NCBI GenBank assembly: GCA_951406725.2
Contig: OX597839.1
Coordinates: 37,944,001-38,008,000, forward strand
DNA from: Octopus vulgaris
Lineage: Eukaryota
DNA length: 64,000 nt
Reading direction: 5' to 3'
Shown here: positions 1 through 13,147 of the stretch, one piece after another
How positions within the stretch are numbered: the first letter of the stretch is position 1
How the letters are laid out: the number at the start of each line of letters is the position of its first letter
Notes under the pieces: model-generated
Seen by the model: the letters and a program-made list of their open reading frames with translations, nothing else
What the model was told of the DNA's origin: nothing
Database searches by the model: none
Translations under genes and position numbers: made by a program

Positions 1-67
1 TCATACACGAATACAAATATAGCCACACACACACAAACACGCACACACACATACACGCACACACACA

Positions 68-108
<41 letters not shown>

Positions 109-386
109 AACGTTCACTCATACACGAATACAAATATAGCCACACACACACACACTGACACACACACACTGACACACACACACTGACACACACACACACA
201 CACTGACACACACACACACACTGACACACACACACTGACACATACACACAGACACAGAGCAGACGAATAAAGAACACCCACACAGACGCACGCGTCGAGG
301 CGCGCGCACACACACTCACGTTCACGCTCACACTCACCCCCCCTCCTCCTCCCCAAACTCAGCAGAGCGCCTCACAGCACTCACCG

Positions 387-649
387 TCAGTCAGTGATAT
401 TTCTACAGTGAGTGTGGAGTGTTACAAACTCTCACATTTCTTCATATTTTGGGCTGTCTTTTTTTGCTTTTTTTTTGTGTGTGTGTTTTCATTTTTTTTT
501 TTTCAAACATTGGATTTTCATTTTAAACTACAACAACTAAAGCAACAACGACACCAGCTACAACTACAACAATAACGACAGCCAGAACAACAACAACAAC
601 AACAGCAACAACAACAACAGTATATAAGACTGTAGAACCACTTTTAAAG
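387..649 (+). promoter_or_regulatory. Candidate promoter / non-coding first exon
   Basis: CpG-rich patch at 287-307, initiator-like TCAGTCAGT at 387-395, unique sequence with a (CAA)n tract, ending at a donor-like AAG|GTATGT (649/650). No transcript evidence. Confidence 0.25.
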
Positions 650-1022
650 GTATGTGTGATATTTAGATTTATATATTATATAATATATACAAAACTTCAT
701 TTACATAAGTTTATATTCATATATATACATATATGTATACATACATATATATGTATATATGTATATATATGTATATATATATATGTATATATATATATAT
801 GTGTGTGTGTGTGTACATATATGTACATATATATATGTGTATATATGTATATTTATGTATATATATATATGTATGTATATTTATGTATATATATGTGTAT
901 ATATATATATATTTCTGTATATATGTGTGTGTATATATATATGTATATATATACATACATACATATATATATATATATGTTTATACTGTATAACTATATA
1001 AATGTATCAATGCAGGTATTTT

Positions 1023-1067
<45 letters not shown>

Positions 1068-1147
1068 TCTCACAGTTATATACCTGTGTTTGTGTGTATA
1101 CATATATGTATATATATATATATACTCACAGTTACATATAGGTGTTC

Positions 1148-1203
<56 letters not shown>

Positions 1204-1556
1204 ATATATATATATGTGTGTGTGTGTATTTATGTTTGTGTACATATATGTGTGTGTGTCTGTGTATTTGTAAGTATGTATGTATATCATAGAGAGAAGC
1301 AAGGCAAAACTTCGATGTCACTGTTAGGACTCCGTTGTCAAAGTTAATAAAGATGTTCTCTATTTTTAGAAAGTATTAAGTTTTCAGTTTAATAACAATT
1401 CTTTTTAATATAACGTGATATAAAATTTAACATTTACATACATACATATAATATATATATATACACATATATGTATATACACACACACATTTATACATAC
1501 ATGAACACACACATACAAATATATACACACACACACATATATATACATACATACAT

Positions 1557-1603
<47 letters not shown>

Positions 1604-1618
1604 AATGATGACATATAT

Positions 1619-1661
<43 letters not shown>

Positions 1662-1727
1662 CACATATATGCACACACACACATACACACACATATATAC
1701 ATACACGCACACACACACACACACACG

Positions 1728-1771
1728 TAGTCCGATGATAGCTATAACAGGCCGAAAGTTCAAAGTCACTG
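1728..1771 (+). ncRNA. Degenerate minimal hammerhead ribozyme motif
   Basis: TAGT-CCGATGA-TAGCTATAACAGGCC-GAA-AGTTCAAAGT-C-ACTG. Stem I TAGT/ACTG, near-palindromic stem III, GUC site, imperfect stem II. Follows a (CA)n tract. Confidence 0.45.
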
Positions 1772-2550
1772 TCAGTACAATTCTTGTCAAAAAGAAAAAT
1801 AAATTTGCACTCCACAAAAGTATGGAGAAATACCACCCGCCCCTCAAATTAATGTACATATTTTTGTTTTTGAATTAGAAGGCTGTACTCCAGCATGGCC
1901 GCAGTCAAATGACTAAGATAAGTAAACGAATAAAAGAATAACTCTACACACACACACATGGACGCACACACACACACACACGCATTCTATAAAGTCGCAC
2001 ACAGATACGCGGATACACAGACACAAACGTGAGCACACACATATAGACATATTCACATGCAATTCAACAAGCACACACACACGCGCATACGCATGCGCGC
2101 ACACACACAGACATACAGGCGCACACACACTCTCATACAGAACATACGGTTACCTGATTTATTCCTATGTTCACACACACACACACACAGACACACACAC
2201 ACAACCTGTTACTTAAGAAAGTCTTCCATTAATTTCTAATAAATAAAACTGGGAGTCGTTCGTATGTTAAGCAGAGGGGGCTTTGTAGCAACAAACATTT
2301 CCTTTTTAAATTTGATAAAGATGCAGACGATAGATCGGGCAAATGCGGTCGTCTGCTTCGTTTACAAAGGGTTGAGTGGGGAAATCATGACGAGGTCAAC
2401 TTTGCTTCTCATTCCTCAGGGATAAAATAGGGATCAAATAATTTGGTCGATACTGTCGGTTAAAACCCACCCCCATCAAAATTCCTGGCCCCTGTGCTTT
2501 CTTCTTCTTCTTCTTGTTTTTCTTGTTGTTGTTGTTGTTGTTGTTGTTGT

Positions 2551-2597
<47 letters not shown>

Positions 2598-2675
2598 TTC
2601 TTCTTCTTTTTTCTTCTTCTTCTTCTTCTTCTTCTTCTTCTTCTTCTTCTTCTTCTTCTTCTTCTTCTTCTTCGA

Positions 2676-2815
2676 AAGTTCCGAGTTCAAATTCCGCCGA
2701 GTTCCACTCTACCTTTCATCCTTTCGGGCTCGATAAATTTAGTACCAGTGAAATACTGGGGTCGACTACTCCCTTCTTACCCCAAATTTCAGGCCTTATG
2801 CCTTCTAGACAGGAT
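2676..2815 (+). mobile_element. SINE family 1 (Nin/Deu-like core), 5'-truncated
   Basis: gagttcaaattccgccgag...ctttcatcctttcggg..cgataaatt.agtaccag matches the full copy at 11691. Confidence 0.75.
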
Positions 2816-2904
2816 TATTACCATTCTTATTATTATCATATCATTTGCCCTTGTAGCAAATAAAGGAAATCATCATCATCATCATCATCATTATCATCAT
2901 CATC

Positions 2905-2986
<82 letters not shown>

Positions 2987-3261
2987 TCTAACCTGAAGAT
3001 TCTCTAGAATTAAAAAAAATGTTCTGAAACTTATTGCTCGCTGGCGTATGTATGAATGTATGTATGTATTAATGTATATGTGTATGTATGTGTTCATATA
3101 TGTAAGTTTGCAGCTATTCAGGAATATCTGTTGCTTGAGATGTATGTATGTATATATATATGTATATCATGTAAATGCATGTATACACGTATCTCTCTCC
3201 CTCTCTCTTTCTGTCTCTGTCTCTCTCTCTCTGTATATATGCATAGAGATAGATAGATAGG

Positions 3262-3391
<130 letters not shown>

Positions 3392-3576
3392 CATGTATAT
3401 ATACATTTATATATATGTGTGTGTGAATATATATATATTTTTTCATGCACATGCCTATATAAATATATATGAATGTATACATATACGCAAATATATATAA
3501 GTATATGAGTATATAAGTGTGTGCAAATGAGTGTCACAGTCAGCATCAGATATATATATATCATCATCATCATCAT

Positions 3577-3611
<35 letters not shown>

Positions 3612-3720
3612 ACAATTAAGGATAAAATCTTAATAAGGAATCTTAACAAGAAATTATCAGGTAGTTAGCGTGAAAAACCTCATAAGAGATAAAATTCGAA
3701 AATAATTTTTTCACTTAAAA

Positions 3721-4172
3721 ATATTTATTTATATTGTATAGAGGGCATTATTACACAGGCTAAGAGGGACATAAGTCATTACTACCGAAATTTTACTAAT
3801 CATACCCAATGCAGCTCCCGAAGCAAGACATTTAAAAAACTGAATTTAGTTCTATATCTGAATTTAGTTCTATATCACCTGTGATTTCGCAATTAACGTA
3901 TTAAATACGTCTTAAATACGTATTTAATACGTTAATTGCGAAATCACAGGTGATATAGAACTAAATTCAGTTTTTTAAATGTCTTGCTTCAATACGTATT
4001 TAATACGTTAATTGCGAAATCACAGGTGATATAGAACTAAATTCAGTTTTTTAAATGTCTTGCTTCGGGAGCTGCATTGGGTATGATTAGTAAAATTTTG
4101 GTAGTAATGACTTATGTCCCTCTTAGCCTGTGGCATTTATGTGTAATAATGCCCTCTATACAATATAAATAA

Positions 4173-4176
<4 letters not shown>
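3721..4176. repeat. Long fold-back inverted repeat (~190 bp arms) inside a (TA)n-flanked element
   Basis: 3721-3910 is the reverse complement of 3918-4176, allowing for a 76-bp tandem duplication (3915-3990/3991-4066), an 18-bp duplication in the left arm and a ~10-bp indel. Confidence 0.95.
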
Positions 4177-4263
<87 letters not shown>

Positions 4264-4278
4264 ATGTATGTATATAAA

Positions 4279-4570
4279 GGCGCATGGCTTAGTGGTTAAG
4301 GTGCTGCACTCAAGATTGCAAGATCGTGAGTTCGATTCCCTGATCGTCGCTGCGATACGTTCTTGAGCAAATCGCTTCATCTCACGTTGCTCTGCGATCA
4401 CTTCGGCGTCTGATATAAGGCACTCCCCCCCCCGTTGCACCTGTACAGGTAATGTCGATCTGATGGAGCTTATGTCTACACAAACATTGGATCACTACAA
4501 ACAAATAATCTGTGTGGTTGTTCGGTAAAAAAGAAAGAAACAAAATTGTCGTACCCTCACACGTCATCTA
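4279..4570 (+). mobile_element. SINE family 4 (tRNA head, ttcttgagcaa core), diverged
   Basis: ggcgcatggcttagtggtt A-box, gagttcgattccc B-box, core shared with the 37819 copy. Confidence 0.7.
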
Positions 4571-4596
4571 ACGACGAGTGAGTCCATCATCGGTCA

Positions 4597-4795
4597 TTTC
4601 AAAATGTAACCACATGTGAATCGTTGGCGATTTTCTTCCTCCGTCTTCCCTTCTTTTGGACTTTCCTCCGTTTCCGAAGAAGAGCGTCTACTCGAACGTT
4701 AAACCATCTTTCTTTCCTTTCCTGGGCGTCTTCTAATAGATTACATGTACCACGTCCTCGCTTTGTGTTTTTGTGTTTCTTCTTTTGGGATTTGC
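4597..4795 (+). mobile_element. Hammerhead-bearing repeat family A, diverged copy (motif 4670-4704)
   Basis: Reverse complement of the 5051/9878 element. GTTT-CCGAAGA-AGAGCGTCTACTC-GAA-CGT-T-AAAC, with one A of GAAA lost. Confidence 0.75.
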
Positions 4796-4829
<34 letters not shown>

Positions 4830-4883
4830 TTAATGTAGGAAGAAATGGTGCTGAACGAAGATTTAACAAAATTCCTTTTTATT

Positions 4884-4969
4884 ATTTTCTACATATGTTT
4901 CAAAGGCTGCAAAGTCCCTAATTCGGATTGAATAAGGAGTCCATTTTGCAGCCTTCTCTTCAGGAAAAT
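4884..4969 (-). ncRNA. Type I hammerhead ribozyme motif, family B (element ~4831-5034)
   Basis: Minus strand: ATTTTC-CTGAAGA-GAAGGCTGCAAA...TTTGCAGCCTTT-GAA-ACATATGT-A-GAAAAT. 6-bp stem I, long stem II, palindromic stem III, intact core. Confidence 0.85.
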
Positions 4970-5050
4970 CCAGGAACTTAATTCTCCAACAAAATGCACA
5001 GCAAGCTTTTCGACAAAACGCTCACGAGGAGCCCATATATATATATATAA

Positions 5051-5255
5051 AGTTAATCCAAACATGAAAGCACAAAAAACACAACGACGCGAGGACGTGG
5101 AACAAATATAGTATTATTGGACGCTCAGGAAAGAAGGAAAGAAGGAGGGTTTAACGTTTCGAGCGGAGCTCTTCGTCGGAAACATAGGAGAAGGAAAGAT
5201 CCAGACAAGGGAAGACAGAGGAAGAAAAATCGCCAACGGTACACATGCGGTCACA
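5051..5255 (-). mobile_element. Hammerhead-bearing repeat family A (motif 5149-5183)
   Basis: Minus strand: GTTT-CCGACGA-A-GAGC-TCC-GCTC-GAA-ACGT-T-AAAC. Near-identical copies at 9878 and 60847; (TA)n flank. Confidence 0.8.
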
Positions 5256-5289
5256 CATATATATATACAAACACATATAAGCACACAAA

Positions 5290-5533
5290 CGTAACATTTC
5301 CTTCTCGAGCCATGGTGAATCATAAGGGCCGGCTCCTTGGTTTCCATGGCGTATATAATCCTTGCCGGACCGGGCATCAGTCCGTCGCAGGGTTACTCAT
5401 CTTTGCCAGGTGTGTGGACTAGAACAACTTGAAATGAAAGATTTTGCTCAGGGACACAACACGTCGCCCTGTTCAGGAATCGAAACCACAATCTTACGTT
5501 TGTAAGTACAACATAACTTCTAACCCACGCGCC
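5290..5533 (-). mobile_element. SINE family 4
   Basis: Minus strand ggcgcgtgg..tag head, tgtgtccctgagcaaaa core, gagtaaccctgcgacggact segment. Confidence 0.7.
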
Positions 5534-5540
5534 TTCACCA

Positions 5541-5641
5541 AAAGCAAAGTCAACACCCCACCCCGGTGGTATTTGAACGTAGATCGCAAAGTCATTAAGC
5601 ATTCCGCCCGGCGTGCTAACGATTCTGCCAGTTCGCTGCCT
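5541..5641 (-). mobile_element. SINE family 1 head fragment
   Basis: Reverse complement of gcgaactggcagaatcgttagcacgccgggcg. Confidence 0.7.
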
Positions 5642-5677
5642 GAGGACTCAGAGCCATACTTCTGTGTGAATATCTGC

Positions 5678-6160
5678 ACTGTGTGGCTGTGTGGTAAGAA
5701 GTTTGGTTCCTGACCACATGGTTCCGGGTTTCAGTTCCCCTGCGTGTCACCTTCGACAAGTGTCTTCTGCTAATTGCCACGGGCCAACGAAAGAGTTGTA
5801 AATAGGTTCGTTAGACGGAAACTGAGAGAAGCCCGTCGTGTATGTGTGTATATATATATATATACATACATATATATATATATATGTCCATATATGTATG
5901 TATATATATGTATGTATGTACTTACGTATGTATGTATGTATGTATGTATGTATGTATGTATGTATGTATGTATGAATGTGTGTGTGTATGTATGTATGTA
6001 TGTATGTATGTATGTATCTTTGTATGTATGTATATGTTTGTTGTGTGAGTTTGTCGCCCATTACCACTTATAATATAAGTATTGGATCGATCCGCTAGAC
6101 TGACTTTTCCAGGCGGTGCTCCAGTATGGCGGCAGCCTAATGACTAAACCAAATGAAAGA
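5678..6160 (+). mobile_element. SINE family 2 (CORE-like, internal microsatellite), diverged
   Basis: gtggctgtgtggtaag...accacatggttccggg...gacggaaactga..gaagcccgtcg-(microsatellite)-...ggcggtgctccag tail. Confidence 0.75.
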
Positions 6161-6194
6161 CTATACATATATATATATATATATATACATACAT

Positions 6195-6246
<52 letters not shown>

Positions 6247-6259
6247 TATATGTCTGTAT

Positions 6260-6290
<31 letters not shown>

Positions 6291-6696
6291 TATATATGTA
6301 TATATGCATGGCGTATATATATCTGTGTTTGAAGGTATATATACTTGCACGACACACACACACACACATACAGAGGCATACACATATACACCCACACTCA
6401 CTTAAATCCTTTGCTCAGTGGACACTCACTTTTACCCACTCTATCACGCAACCAGCCCACCCACTCACACACCCGCGCACTCACTCACTCAGTCGCATTC
6501 ACGCGCACTCACTCACCCACTCACTCACCCACTCACTCACTCACTCACTCACTCACTCACTGTTAATTACTCCCTCTCAGGTTGGTTCGCACTCACTCTC
6601 TCAGGCGCTGACTCACTCACGTTTGCAAACTCACACACACACACACACACACGTACACACACATACACACATACACACACATACATACACACACAT

Positions 6697-6792
<96 letters not shown>

Positions 6793-7206
6793 ACACACAC
6801 AAACACATACACACACATACACACACATAGACACATACATACACACACATACACATATACACACGCACACACACACACACACACACATACACACACACAT
6901 ACGCACACACACACACGCACACACACACACACACATACACACCGCATACGCACACATCCATATACATACACACGCTCATACACACGCAAATGCATAGTCA
7001 CACGTTGTCAAGTAAAATCTTTCTCACACACGCAAAATACACACACACACACACATACACACACATACGCCCACACCAGTCCGCACACACATTCGCATGC
7101 ATAAGAAACCACACACGCACTCACGCAAATGTGCATACACACACACACACACACTCGCTGCTTACTTGACTACTCAAAGACAAATACACGCGACACCACA
7201 AACATC

Positions 7207-7246
<40 letters not shown>

Positions 7247-7247
7247 T

Positions 7248-7649
7248 AGGCGCGGGAGTGGCTGTATGGTAAGAAGCTTGCTTCTCAACCACATGATTGC
7301 GGGTTCGGTCCCACTGCGTGGCACCTTGCGCAAACTGTCTTCTCGTATAGCCCCAGGCCGACCAAAGCCTTGTGAGTGGATTTGGTAGGCGGAAACTGAA
7401 AGAAGCCCATCGTATATATGTATATATGTATATACATGTATATATGTGTTATTTGTGCCTGTGTTTGTCCCCCACCCTCCGTCACCGTCGCTTGACAACC
7501 GATGTTGGCGTGTTTACGTCCCCGTGATTTAGAGGTTCGGCCAAAAGAGATCCGACAAAATAAGTACTAGGCTTACAAAGAATAAGTCCTGGGGTCGATT
7601 TGTTCGACTAAAGGTGGTGCTCCAGCATGGTCAAATAAAAGAATAAAAG

Positions 7650-7650
<1 letters not shown>
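7248..7650 (+). mobile_element. SINE family 2, near full length
   Basis: aggcgcgggagtggctg head, gtggcaccttg.gcaa CORE-like block, ggtgctccagcatgg tail. Confidence 0.9.
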
Positions 7651-7719
<69 letters not shown>

Positions 7720-7970
7720 TTCTTTTATGCCAACACATACCGTCAGACGTAAACACACGCATGCATACACCCACATACATATATATATTAAGGGCTATTA
7801 CTATACATAAAGGCCTCATGCTGTAATGGGACTCTGAAGTCAAACTACTTTAACAAATATATTCACGGCACCGACAGCGGAGGAATGGCAACTTTGAAGC
7901 TACTTCATATAGATTTTATCCTTACCTCTCTCTCTCTCTCTTACTCTCTCTCTCTATATATATATCCCCC

Positions 7971-8039
<69 letters not shown>

Positions 8040-8346
8040 ATCTATCTATTATGAATATGCGTGTGTGTGTGTTTGTGAGTGTGTGTAAGGATATGTAAAA
8101 ATTCATTCTAAGTAAACAACGACAGATAAAACAAAAGATCATATACGGATACTGGAGATAGAACCGGACGGGAGGAGAGACAGACGCAAAGGGTCCCTAA
8201 TTCTTCAACAGTTATTAGCCAAAATAGTAATAAACAGTTTCGTACAACCAATGTCGTTGTTTATTTAGAAGGCATTGTTTCATTTATTAAGTAAAGCTAC
8301 GCACAAACACACACACACACACACACAGCCGGCTTTTTTAACAATA

Positions 8347-8383
<37 letters not shown>

Positions 8384-8418
8384 CTCGCACACACTCTTTC
8401 TCATTTCCTTTTTCACAC

Positions 8419-8480
<62 letters not shown>

Positions 8481-8570
8481 GCAAAAGCGCGAAAGGCACG
8501 TATCTACAGAAACAGGTGTGTTACGCAAGCACATGCATACATACATGCATATATATATGAGTGTATATAC

Positions 8571-8631
<61 letters not shown>

Positions 8632-8718
8632 TAACTTACTTGGAAGAGGATGCGTGGCGTTCAATCATATAATATAAATAAAATATATATGCATATATAT
8701 ATTATTTATTATTATTAT

Positions 8719-8772
<54 letters not shown>

Positions 8773-8778
<6 letters not shown>

Positions 8779-8935
8779 CACACGCACACGTATATATATA
8801 TATATATATATTCACACACGCACACGTATATATATATATATATATTCACACACGCACACGTATATATATATATATATATATTCACACACGCACACGTATA
8901 TATATATATATATATATTCACACACGCACACGTAT
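8773..8935. repeat. Minisatellite TATTCACACACGCACACG-(TA)n, 5 units
   Basis: Direct visual periodicity of about 35 bp. Confidence 0.85.
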
Positions 8936-9617
8936 ATGCAGTCGCACAAACATGCGTACACGTACGTACAGATGTTGAGGCACACATGCCAACACATACC
9001 GTCAGACGTAAACACACGCATGCACACACACACACATACACCATACGCAAGCACGCAGGTATACACACACAGACACACGCGCACAAACATACAACACACG
9101 CACAAACAGATACACTACACGTGCGTATACACACACAAACACAAACACAAACACACACGTAAGTACTAGGACACCTCCAGGCTGATACACACACACCCAA
9201 ACATACATGCACGTACAGAGCACATGCAGCTACTAGTACACACACACATATACACACACATACGTACACGCGTACAAACACGTACACACACGCATGCCAC
9301 ACACACACAGACACAGAGTGATTCTTCCGACTGCCAGCGTTCCTCCTAACCGTTGCGCGTCTTCCACTCCTTCGCACTCAAGTCACACTTCACCTCCACT
9401 CTGTTTGCTCCTTCACTCGAGCCAATTACACCTTCAGTCAATCACGCAGTCACCCAAATCATGCACACACGCAACACGAACACGAGAACACACACACACA
9501 TACACACGCAACACGAACATGAGAACACACACACACACACGTTTATAAATTAAGTACCAGTTGAATACTGGAGACCATTTCATCGACTGGCCCCCTGCCT
9601 AGGTGACTGAAACAAGT

Positions 9618-9671
<54 letters not shown>

Positions 9672-9828
9672 ACAAATGTAAAATGTACCTGTGCCCATAT
9701 AATACAGTAAATGAATTGATTGCATCGCAATCCTTAACATTTATGTATTAACTTTGTTGGGTACTTCACTAGCAGTATATTGGATATATGTTATCCCATG
9801 GAGGGTTGCATTTACAACCCCTGTCTCA

Positions 9829-9872
<44 letters not shown>

Positions 9873-9877
9873 ATATA

Positions 9878-10083
9878 GTTAATCCAAACAAAAAACACAA
9901 AGAGAAAACACAACAATGCGAGGACGTGGAACAAATATAGTATTATTGGACGCTAAGGAAAGAAGGAGGGTTTAACGTTTCGAGCGGAGCTCTTCGTCGG
10001 AAACATAGGAGAAGGAAAGATCCAGAGAAGGGAAGACAGAGGAAAAAAATCGCCTACGGTACACACGAGGTCACATTTTGAAA
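9878..10083 (-). mobile_element. Hammerhead-bearing repeat family A (motif 9970-10004)
   Basis: Motif identical to 5149-5183; flanked by (TA)n and (TATC)n. Confidence 0.8.
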
Positions 10084-10187
<104 letters not shown>

Positions 10188-10400
10188 GATGTCTATCTTT
10201 GCACATACATATGCGTATATATGAATGTGTGTGTGAGTGTGCGTGCGTATGCATGTATGCGTGTGTGGTGCACACGTTTGCTTGTTTGTATTTGCTTACA
10301 TGTATATATGTGACTATTTCTACATATGTAAACATATACGAAAGTATGTATGTATGTATGTCTATCTATTTGTCTGCCTGTCAGTCTATCTATTTGTTTG

Positions 10401-10533
<133 letters not shown>

Positions 10534-10560
10534 TTATCTATCTATGAATCCATCTAGCAA

Positions 10561-10599
<39 letters not shown>

Positions 10600-10824
10600 C
10601 TGTCTGTCTATCTAGATATATCATGTATCTCTCTGTCTTCCTTGTTTCCCTTATTGGTCTGCGCTTCGAACAAATCGATCTCAGCGCTTACTTTATAAGT
10701 CCAGTATCGATCTATTTTTATATACATATATATATATTTGTTTGTGTGCGTTTGTATGTGTTATCTTCTATTCTTTTAAGTGTTTCAGCCCAAAGACTGT
10801 AACCATGCTAGGGTACCATAAATA

Positions 10825-10858
<34 letters not shown>

Positions 10859-10962
10859 TGTGTGTATGTGTGTGTGTGTATGTGTGTATATGTGTGTGTG
10901 TGCATATACATACATACATATATATATATATATTATATATATATATATATATATATTATATA

Positions 10963-11039
<77 letters not shown>

Positions 11040-11589
11040 TTGCAAAGTAAAGTTTCTGAGCCAAGTCTTCTGTGTATATGCATGTTCGTGTGTGTGTGTG
11101 TGTGTGTGTGTGTTATGTGTATATGTATACGAGTTTATGTATGTATGCATGCTTGTCTCTTTCTTCCAGTCACACATACATACACACACAAACTCGCAAG
11201 GGCCCATATATATACACACACACACATACAGCCCCCCCGCCCCGCCACGTGTGCAGCTCTTCATGCAAGCAATCATCCAGGTTTTTGTCTCCAGTTCAGT
11301 CGTTGATATCGTTTGTCCAGAAACGTCTTTGGCAGCCTCCCTTGCGAGCTCCTCCACTCAACACTTCCCGTTAAGACACTTATGACTTATGATGTATCGT
11401 AAGTCCAAAATATGATAGCTTTCAGGACTTGATTCTCGACAATAAGTGAATTTGGACTTTCAACTTTTTTAATACTGCAACATTTGTGAGTTACACTGTC
11501 TCCCCTACTTATTCTACCCAGTCATCAAAAGATCCCCATCATAAAGGCTTCTATCTTCTCCATTGCTGGCCCCCCTGTCCACGTTTTTT

Positions 11590-12379
11590 GCTCAGCAGAA
11601 GACAACTGACACAATATGACAATTTACCAGCCTCTATGATTCCTGGACACTTCACTGAAGACTTCGAAACATTGGTATGTATCACCTTATAAGGCGGCGA
11701 GCTGGAAGAAACGTTAGCGCGCCGGGCGAAATGTTTAGCGGTATTTCGTCTGCCGTTACGTTGTGAGTTCAAATTCCGCCGAGGTCGGCTTTACCTTTCA
11801 TCCTTTCGGGTCGATTAAATAAGTACCAGTTACGCACTGGGGTCGATGTAATCGGCTTAATACCTATGTCTGTCCTTGTTTGTCCGCTCTGTGTTTAGCC
11901 CCTTGTGGGTAATAAAGAAATAGGTATGTATCACCTTATCGATAAAACCTTAGATCACCGAGTGCTGCCTTTAAAATTATCAGTGTCATGGTTTATGTGC
12001 TGTGAACATTTCTTACGATCATATTAGGAAGAAGAAAGAGCAAAATAAATGCTGAAGCCAATGAGGAGCAATTTGGAATTAGGGCTAACAGAGATACAGG
12101 AGATGTTGTATTCTGTTTCAACATTCTACACGAAAGCAAATGCAAGCAGAAAAGGGTCTGTTTGCTTGGTTTAGAGATTATGCCAAAGCATTTGGGGGAA
12201 TACACACAGAGAGGTCATCACCTCGTTAGAAAAAGATGGCGTCGAAGAGAAGGCACATGAGAATCATTAGTGTGTTATATGGGAATCAAAAGAGAGTCAC
12301 CAAAATGGATCAGGAGTTGTCGGGATGAACAGGGATCAGACAAGGAATTCGTTATCCCCTACCTATTCAATAATTTTAC

Positions 12380-12385
<6 letters not shown>
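11590..12385 (+). pseudogene. Decayed RTE-clade LINE reverse transcriptase fragment, interrupted by a SINE
   Basis: Translates with stops and frameshifts to FKIISVM..TIILGRR, EQFGIRANRDTGD, WFRDYAKAF and RQG..LSP, matching the non-LTR RT motifs YRTISL, EQFGFR, FIDYAKAFD and GVRQG. Confidence 0.8.
11691..11922 (+). mobile_element. SINE family 1, full length with 17-bp TSD
   Basis: TSD GGTATGTATCACCTTAT at 11674-11690 and 11923-11939; tRNA-like head; Nin/Deu-like core cctttcatcctttcgggtcga..aagtaccag. Confidence 0.92.
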
Positions 12386-12418
<33 letters not shown>

Positions 12419-12714
12419 CGATTGAAGAAGGTTTTTTTCTTTGTGTTAATTGTCCCGTACTCTATTTTTGTTGTTGTTTAAGAAAATGTCCAGTTCCTTG
12501 GTTTGTGCCTATGTTTTCGTTTCTCGTTGTGTTCGACGTCTTTTTGGTGTCCTGTACTCATATATGCTTGTATATGTACATGTAGAGGTAGGTACGTACA
12601 TATATGTTTATATATATGCATATGTTTATTATATATATATATATATATATATGTAGAGAGAGAGAAAAAGGGAGAGAGAGAGAGGAAGGGAGAGAGAGAG
12701 AGGGAGTCAAGCGA

Positions 12715-13097
12715 GTTCAAAGGATATCAAAATCAACAGTGTGTTATATTGGAACTAAAAGGCAGTCAACAAAATGGATCAGCAGTTGTCGGAATCAGCA
12801 GAGATCAGAAGAGGTGTAAGACAAGGAATCGCATTATCTCCTACCGAGTCAATAATTATATTGAATAAATAAATAAATATAAATATGATTGTAGCGTGGG
12901 AGGTGTTATAAAGCCATTCAAAGAAAGCACTCGAAAATGTTATCAGTGAACAGGTCGCAGTTTCAAATCGATGAAAATATTTTTACACAAATTAAATTTA
13001 AATGTTGAAGTGAAACAAACGGTTTTTTTGTGTGTTCTTAAAATGGCTTACAACAAACATCTTCCACGGTGCAATTGTTTTTGTTTCAGAGAGTGAG

Positions 13098-13147
<50 letters not shown>

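Noticed and set aside
3758-3797. CTAAGAGG..CCGAAATTTT in the fold-back arm
   Set aside because: The core lacks G5 and the stems do not pair convincingly.
8773-8935. CRISPR-like repeat-spacer pattern
   Set aside because: The spacers are only (TA)n, the context is eukaryotic and there are no cas genes.
11655-11676. CTGAAGACTTCGAAAC resembling a hammerhead core
   Set aside because: There is no room for stem II and no stem I pairing; it lies in RTE ORF2 coding remnant.
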